Part shown: positions 17,454-22,770 of the stretch, piece after piece
How positions within the stretch are numbered: the stretch's first letter is position 1
Layout: the number at the start of each line of letters is the position of its first letter
DNA from: Candidatus Methylomirabilia bacterium
Lineage (GTDB): Bacteria; Methylomirabilota; Methylomirabilia; Rokubacteriales; CSP1-6
Length of the DNA stretch: 22,770 nt
Direction: 5' to 3'
Assembly (NCBI GenBank): GCA_041496385.1
Contig: JBGQEL010000068.1
Coordinates: forward strand, 1 to 22,770
Notes under the pieces: generated by a model
The model's database searches: none
Seen by the model: the letters and a program-made list of their open reading frames with translations, nothing else
What the model was told of the DNA's origin: nothing
Program-made: the position numbers and the translations under genes

Positions 17454-19819
17454 TGGCGCTCAGAACCTCGGCCGACGTCGGAGGGATGGGGCACTCGATC
17501 AAGCGGAAAGAGGATCCGCGCTTCATCCGCGGCAAGGGCACCTTCGTCGACGACCTCCAGCTCCCCGGCATGCTCTACCTGGACATCGTGCGGAGCCCGT
17601 ACGCGCACGCGAAGATCAAGAAGATCGACAGCGCGAAGGCGCTGGCCGTCCCCGGCGTGCTCGCCGTCATCACCGGCCAGGACCTCGCCAAGTACAACCT
17701 CCACTGGATGCCGACGCTCATGTCGGACACGCAGATGGTGCTGCCGGTCGAGAAGGTGATGTATCAGGCTCAGGAGGTCGCGGCGGTGCTCGCCACCAGC
17801 CGTTACGCGGCGGCCGACGGCATGGCGGCGGTGGAGGTGGAGTACGAGCCGCTGCCCGTGGTCGTGGATCCGCGCAAGGCGCTGGAGCCCGGGGCCCCGG
17901 TGCTGCGCACCGACAAGAAGGACAAGAAGGACAACCACATCTGGCACTGGGAGTGGGGCAATCGTCCCGCGACGGATCAGGCCTTCGCGGAAGCCGACGT
18001 GACGGTCAAGCAGGACATCTACATCCCGCGCATCCACGTGGCGTCCATCGAAACCTGTGGCTGCATCGCCCACTTCGACAAGGTCAACGAGAAGCTCACC
18101 GTCTGGATGACGACGCAGGCGCCCCACGCGATCCGGACGGTCTTCGCCCTGGTGGCCGGCCACGTCGGGCTCGCCGAGCACAAGATCCGGATCATCTCTC
18201 CGGACATCGGCGGAGGCTTCGGCGGCAAGGTTCCCGTGTACCCCGGGTACGTCATCGCCGTCGCCGCCTCCGTGCTCACCGGCAAGCCCGTGAAGTGGAT
18301 CGAGGACCGCATGGAGAACCTCCAGGCGGACTCGTTCGCGCGCGACTACCACATCACCGCCGAGCTGGCGGCGAAGAAGGATGGCACGCTCACCGCGCTC
18401 CGGATCAAGACGCTCGCCGACCACGGGTACACCGATGCCGCGGCGAACCCGTCCAAGTTCCCTGCGGGGCTCTTCCACGTCTGCACGGGCTCCTACGATC
18501 TCAAGGCCGCGCACGTCGAGGTGGACGGCGTGTACACGAACAAGCCGCCCGGCGGTATCGCCTACCGCTGCTCCTTCCGCGTGACCGAGGCGGTCCACAC
18601 GATCGAGCGCATGGTGGATCTGATGGCCCACGAGCTCGGCGTGGACCCCGCCGACTTCCGCAAGAAGAACTTCATCAAGCCGGAGCAGTTCCCCTACAAG
18701 TCGGCGCTCGGGTGGGAGTACGACAGCGGCAACTACGGGGCGGCGCTCGACCTGGCGATGCAGAAGATCGGCTACGCCGAGCTGCGCCGCGAGCAGGCCG
18801 AGAAGCGGAAGCGCGGGGAGCTCATGGGCATCGGCATCTCGAGCTTCACCGAGATCGTCGGCGCCGGGCCCTCCAAGCACTTCGACATCCTCGGGCTCAA
18901 GATGTTCGACTCCTGCGAGATCCGGATCCATCCGACCGGCAAGGCCATCGCGCGCTTCGGGACGAAATCGCAGGGGCAGGGGCACGAGACGACCTACGCC
19001 CAGATCCTCGCCGAGGAGCTCGGCATTCCGGCGAGGGACATCCAGGTCGAGGAGGGCGACACGGACACCGCGCCCTACGGCCTCGGCACCTACGCGAGCC
19101 GCTCCACGCCGGTCGCCGGCGCCGCCGCCGCGATGGCGTCGCGCAAGATCCTCGACAAGGCGCGGAAGATCGCCGCGCACCTGCTCGAGGCCGCCCCGGA
19201 CGATCTGGTGTGGGAGCCGGGCAAGTTCTCGGTGAAGGGCGCGCCCGACCGCTTCAAGACCATCCAGGACGTCGCCTTCGCCGCCTACACCAACCATCCG
19301 CAGGGGATGGAGGCGGGACTCGAGGCGGTGAGCTACTACGACCCGCCGAATCTCACCTATCCGTTCGGCAGCTACATCTGCGTCGTGGACATCGACAAGG
19401 GCACCGGCGAGACGAAGGTGCGCCGGTTCGTCGCGATCGACGACTGCGGCAACATCATCAACCCCATGATCGTCGACGGCCAGATCCACGGCGGGCTGAC
19501 GATGGGGTTCGCCCCCGCCCTCATGGAGGAGATCTCGTACGACGAGATCGGCAACGTGCAGGGCGGAAGCTTCATCGATTACCTGGTGCCCACCGCCGTC
19601 GAGACGCCCAAGTGGGAGACGGGCAAGACCGTCACGCCCTCGCCGCACCACCCGCTCGGCGCCAAGGGCGTGGGCGAGTCGGCCACGGTCGGCGCCCCCG
19701 CCGCCATCGCCAACGCGGTCGTCGACGCGCTCTGGCACCTGGGCGTCCGGCACATCGACATTCCAATCACGCCGCCGAAGCTCTGGCGGATCCTCCGTGA
19801 GAAGGGCGTCACGGAGTAG
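17453..19819 (+). CDS. coxL: Aerobic CO dehydrogenase large (Mo-Cu) subunit, form I
   Basis: Active-site loop AYRCSFR at 18560-18580 (form I signature AYxCSFR); GGGFGGK, QGQGHETT and AKGVGES motifs; start overlaps the coxS stop (TGATG). Confidence 0.95.
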   Translation: MALRTSADVGGMGHSIKRKEDPRFIRGKGTFVDDLQLPGMLYLDIVRSPYAHAKIKKIDSAKALAVPGVLAVITGQDLAKYNLHWMPTLMSDTQMVLPVEKVMYQAQEVAAVLATSRYAAADGMAAVEVEYEPLPVVVDPRKALEPGAPVLRTDKKDKKDNHIWHWEWGNRPATDQAFAEADVTVKQDIYIPRIHVASIETCGCIAHFDKVNEKLTVWMTTQAPHAIRTVFALVAGHVGLAEHKIRIISPDIGGGFGGKVPVYPGYVIAVAASVLTGKPVKWIEDRMENLQADSFARDYHITAELAAKKDGTLTALRIKTLADHGYTDAAANPSKFPAGLFHVCTGSYDLKAAHVEVDGVYTNKPPGGIAYRCSFRVTEAVHTIERMVDLMAHELGVDPADFRKKNFIKPEQFPYKSALGWEYDSGNYGAALDLAMQKIGYAELRREQAEKRKRGELMGIGISSFTEIVGAGPSKHFDILGLKMFDSCEIRIHPTGKAIARFGTKSQGQGHETTYAQILAEELGIPARDIQVEEGDTDTAPYGLGTYASRSTPVAGAAAAMASRKILDKARKIAAHLLEAAPDDLVWEPGKFSVKGAPDRFKTIQDVAFAAYTNHPQGMEAGLEAVSYYDPPNLTYPFGSYICVVDIDKGTGETKVRRFVAIDDCGNIINPMIVDGQIHGGLTMGFAPALMEEISYDEIGNVQGGSFIDYLVPTAVETPKWETGKTVTPSPHHPLGAKGVGESATVGAPAAIANAVVDALWHLGVRHIDIPITPPKLWRILREKGVTE

Positions 19820-19833
19820 CGTGGTGCCGGATC

Positions 19834-20784
19834 ATGGCTGACGAGCTCCTGGCTCTCGCCGCCGAGCTCCAGCGACGCGGGGAGCCGTTCGCCCTGGCCA
19901 CGGTCGTTCGATGCGAGCGGCCGACGTCGGCGAAGCCGGGGGCCAAGGCGATCGTCCGAGGCGACGGGACGGTGTCGGGGTGGGTCGGCGGCGCCTGCGC
20001 CGAACCCGTCGTCGTGCGCGAGGGTCTCAACGCGCTCCGGGATGGCCAGCCGCGGCTCATCGGTCTCTTCGGCGACGGCGTCCGTAGCCCGGGACGGACG
20101 GAGGGTATGCTCGAGTATCCGATGACGTGCCACAGCGGCGGCACGCTGGAGATCTACGTGGAGCCCTACCTGCCCAAACCCCTCCTCGTCCTCGTCGGTC
20201 GCGGCCCCGTGGTCGAGACGCTCGCGACGCTCGGCCGCGCCGCCGACTACGCGGTCGTGGCCCTGCGCGAGGACGAGATGCAGGAGGGACTCGCCGGCGC
20301 CGCGCTGACCCGGCGAGCGTCGGTGGTCGTCGCCACGCACGGTGACGAGGACGAGACCGCGATCGAGCGCATCCTGGCGACCGAGGCGGGCTACGTGAGC
20401 CTGATCGCGAGCCGCCGGCGGGCCGCCGTCATCCTCGAGCGCCTGAAGCAACGGGGTGTGCCGTCCGAGCGGCTCGGGAGGCTGAAGGCGCCCGCGGGGC
20501 TCGACCTCGGGGCGGTGACCCCCGAGGAGATCGCGGTCAGCATCCTCGCCGAGGTCGTCCAGTACCATCGGAGCGAGAAGGCCGTCTGGCGCGCGGCCGA
20601 ACTCCGCGAGACCTCCGCGCCGGCGGCCGAAGCGAGCGATCCGATCTGCGGGATGCTCGTCGAGGTCGCGACCGCCCGCCATCGCTCCGAGCTGTCGGGA
20701 CGGCCCGTCTACTTCTGCTGCCGCCACTGCAAGGAGACGTTCGACCAGGATCCCGAGCGGTATCGCGCCGAGCTGGGCGGCTGA
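19834..20784 (+). CDS. XdhC/CoxF-family molybdoenzyme maturation factor with C-terminal YHS domain
   Basis: ALATVV...SAKPGAK...GWVGGAC, MTCHSGGTLEIYVEP, VVATHG, APAGLDLGAVTPEEIAVSILAE; C-terminal DPICGM...YFCCRHCKETFDQDPERY (YHS/TRASH). Confidence 0.9.
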   Translation: MADELLALAAELQRRGEPFALATVVRCERPTSAKPGAKAIVRGDGTVSGWVGGACAEPVVVREGLNALRDGQPRLIGLFGDGVRSPGRTEGMLEYPMTCHSGGTLEIYVEPYLPKPLLVLVGRGPVVETLATLGRAADYAVVALREDEMQEGLAGAALTRRASVVVATHGDEDETAIERILATEAGYVSLIASRRRAAVILERLKQRGVPSERLGRLKAPAGLDLGAVTPEEIAVSILAEVVQYHRSEKAVWRAAELRETSAPAAEASDPICGMLVEVATARHRSELSGRPVYFCCRHCKETFDQDPERYRAELGG

Positions 20785-20791
20785 AGCCGGC

Positions 20792-22006
20792 TCAGCGCGC
20801 GCGCGCGGCGAGGATCGCCTTCGCCATCAGCCGCGCGCCCTCGTAGCACTTCCCCGGCGCCTCGTAGCTGAACGCGAGCCGGACGAACTCCGCGCCGCCG
20901 CCCTGCGGGAAGAACGCCGGGCCCGGCGTGTACTGGACGCGCGCGTCGACCGCCAGGTCGGCCAGCCGGCGCGGGTCGGTGCCCGTGGGCAGCCTGATCC
21001 AGAGGAAGAACCCGCCCTCGGGGCGGCTCACCACGGCTCCGGAGCCGGCGAGAATCTCGTCGAGCCCGCGGAGCATCGCGTCGCGCTTCGCGCGATAGAC
21101 GTCGATCAGGAGCTTCACGTGCGTGGTCATGTGGTCACGCATGTAGTACGTCGCCACGCGCGACATGAAGGGGTTGACGCCGCCCCCGAACAGGAAGCCC
21201 TGGAAGGCGGGCAGCATCTCACGCGGTGCGCAGAGCCACCCGAGCCGAACGCCCGCGCCCAGGATCTTCGAGAGCGTCCCGGCCCGGATCACCCGCCCAC
21301 CATGGTCGAGCGCGTAGAGCGGCGGGAGCGTCTCGCCCTCGAAGCGCAGCTCGCCGTAGGCATCGTCCTCGAGGATCAGCGTGTCGTACGCCTGGGCGAG
21401 TTCGACCAGCTCGTGGCGCCGCCGCAGCGACTGCGTCGGGCCCGAGGGATTCTGGAAGTTCACGATCGTGTAGATCAGCTTGCAGCGCCGTCCCTCGCGG
21501 CGCAGCGTCTCGAGGCGCGCGCGGACGGCGTCGGTCACGATGCCCTCGGCGTCCACCGGGACGTCGAGGATCTGCGGACCGTGGCGCCGGATCGTGTTGA
21601 GCGAGCCGGAAAAGGTCGGCGCCTCCGAGATCACGGCGTCGCCCGGATCCACGAAGGTGCTGAAGGCGAGCGAGAGCGCGTGGCCCGAGCCGTTGGCGAC
21701 GATGATGTTCTCCGGCTCGACCTTGAGCCCCTCGAACGTCTCGTACTTCTCGCAGACGAGCTCGCGCAGCGCGCGATAGCCCTGGGGATCTCCGTAGGTC
21801 ATGGCGGCGGCGCCCTCGGCCTTCAGCATGCGGGCGGTCGCCTCGGCCATCCCGTCGTACGGGAACGAGGCGGGGTCGGGAAGCCCGCCGCCGAACTCGT
21901 AGAGCGGGCTCATCGCCGGACGCGGGGTGGAGACCGGAACGCCCCAGCCGATGCGGGCGCGGGTCGAAAGGAGGGACTCGAAGCGGTCGGGCGCTGGGGT
22001 CGTCAT
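20792..22006 (-). CDS. PLP-dependent class I/II aminotransferase (MocR/LysN-like, no HTH)
   Basis: FGGGLPDP, NFQNPSG, ILEDDAYGEL, GTLSKILGAGVRLGW (PLP lysine), PEGGFFLW, VRLAFS. ATG 22006 preferred because it lies 7 nt after TATGCT. Confidence 0.9.
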   Translation of the reverse strand: MTTPAPDRFESLLSTRARIGWGVPVSTPRPAMSPLYEFGGGLPDPASFPYDGMAEATARMLKAEGAAAMTYGDPQGYRALRELVCEKYETFEGLKVEPENIIVANGSGHALSLAFSTFVDPGDAVISEAPTFSGSLNTIRRHGPQILDVPVDAEGIVTDAVRARLETLRREGRRCKLIYTIVNFQNPSGPTQSLRRRHELVELAQAYDTLILEDDAYGELRFEGETLPPLYALDHGGRVIRAGTLSKILGAGVRLGWLCAPREMLPAFQGFLFGGGVNPFMSRVATYYMRDHMTTHVKLLIDVYRAKRDAMLRGLDEILAGSGAVVSRPEGGFFLWIRLPTGTDPRRLADLAVDARVQYTPGPAFFPQGGGAEFVRLAFSYEAPGKCYEGARLMAKAILAARAR

Positions 22007-22129
22007 GCCCGGTAGCATACCGGGCCGACGCCCCGCGCATCAACTCGTCGAGCCCCGTGGGGGCCCTTCCGGAAAACCCCCCAACATGTCGCTCGTTTAT
22101 CGAGCCGGGATGTACAATCTGAGACAGGC

Positions 22130-22462
22130 ATGGCCAGGCAACGGTCGCTCGCTTCGAGATGGTGCGCGGCTCGCGCGATCCTCGCGCTCTTCATGCTCGC
22201 GCTCGTGCAGTACCAGTATCCCGCCGCGCTCCTCGCCACCGTCTGGCGCGTCTTCGTCATCTCCTGGGACAATCCGGCGACCCAGGTCGCCGAGGAGATG
22301 GTGTCGGCCGAAGCACCAGCCGCCGACCCCAATCGGCCGCTTCGGGATCGGATCATCGCCGCGAACCTCTCCCGGCAGTACCTGCGCGTTCCCGCCGATC
22401 CACGGGGACACGAGAGCTTTGCGCGCTCCCACCAGGTCACAAGGGCTCCTCCAGCAGCCTAG
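22130..22462 (+). CDS. Putative leader/arrest peptide: N-terminal hydrophobic segment, C-terminal RAPP motif
   Basis: 110 aa. Basic N-terminus, then AILALFMLALVQYQYPAALLATVWRVFVISW; ends VTRAPPAA*. TACAAT -10-like hexamer at 22113-22118. Confidence 0.65.
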   Translation: MARQRSLASRWCAARAILALFMLALVQYQYPAALLATVWRVFVISWDNPATQVAEEMVSAEAPAADPNRPLRDRIIAANLSRQYLRVPADPRGHESFARSHQVTRAPPAA

Positions 22463-22566
22463 CGTCGCGTCGAGCACGCGAGCGCTGCAGTGCGTGGCGC
22501 AAGCGACGAGGTCGGGCAGGTGGGGCAACACGCCCCGCCCGTCGCGCCGCACGTTTTGGAGGAGCC
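22444..22566 (+). promoter_or_regulatory. Putative SD-sequestering RNA structure (anti-SD inside the RAPP codons)
   Basis: GGCTCCTCCA (22444-22453) is the exact reverse complement of TGGAGGAGCC (22557-22566); the intervening sequence forms nested stems. Confidence 0.6.
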
Positions 22567-22570
22567 GACG

Positions 22571-22770
22571 ATGCTTGAATGTGTCCGGGAAGATATTCGA
22601 CAAGCCGTTGATCGGGAGCACGATCTCACGACCCGCGTGGGCCAGATGTTCTTCAATCCGGGTCTGCACGCCGTGCTCCTCTATCGCCTCAGTCGCTGGC
22701 TCTATCTCCATCACCTCGGCGTCATCGCACTGGTGGTGGGGTACCTGAGCTCCATCGTGACCGGGGCGCA
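22571..22770 (+). CDS. Serine O-acetyltransferase-like (CysE/EpsC-type) protein, 5' part only
   Basis: Manual translation MLECVREDIRQAVDREHDLTTRVGQMFFNPGLHAVLLYRLSRWLYLHHLGVIALVVGYLSSIVTGA resembles the SATase helical region (PG.HA...YR....L...TG). GGAGGAG RBS. The hexapeptide-repeat region lies outside the window. Confidence 0.7.
   Translation, partial: MLECVREDIRQAVDREHDLTTRVGQMFFNPGLHAVLLYRLSRWLYLHHLGVIALVVGYLSSIVTGA

Noticed and set aside
17390..19800. 787-aa antisense and 615-aa alternative-frame ORFs over coxL
   Set aside because: Shadow ORFs of a strongly GC3-biased gene.
20780..20796. GCTGA...TCAGC inverted repeat at convergent stop codons
   Set aside because: Largely produced by the two opposing TGA stops; too weak to call a terminator.
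1..22770. CRISPR arrays, tRNA or rRNA genes
   Set aside because: No regularly spaced repeats or tRNA/rRNA-like sequence seen; intergenic regions are short.
1..22770. Specific taxonomic assignment (gene style suggests a soil lineage such as Rokubacteria)
   Set aside because: No marker gene in the window; an impression only, needs a database search.

Overview
High-GC bacterial window with three parts. (1) 1-5831: a partly decaying accessory region containing the 5' end of an exported lactonase-family gene; two paralogous Lrp/AsnC regulators in mirror-image arrangement, each divergent from a unit ending in a DUF3303-type gene (one intact, one internally deleted); a thioredoxin-fold protein disulfide oxidoreductase with an in-frame TGA in a U-x-x-C motif followed by a SECIS-like hairpin (probable selenoprotein); a frameshifted LysR/HAD-hydrolase pair; and a HIT protein. 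(2) 5887-15361: a 2828-aa cyclic beta-1,2-glucan synthase, a coupled small ORF, and a chimeric sensor/SH3 remnant. (3) 15489-22770: a form I aerobic CO dehydrogenase operon (coxMSL plus XdhC/CoxF-YHS) headed by an IS630-transposase-like HTH domain in frame with coxM, behind a near-consensus sigma70 promoter; a PLP aminotransferase; and a membrane-targeted ORF ending in the ribosome-arrest motif RAPP, whose codons are the exact 10-nt reverse complement of the Shine-Dalgarno region of the downstream serine-acetyltransferase-like gene (candidate arrest-peptide translational switch). All family assignments come from motif recognition by eye; no searches were run.
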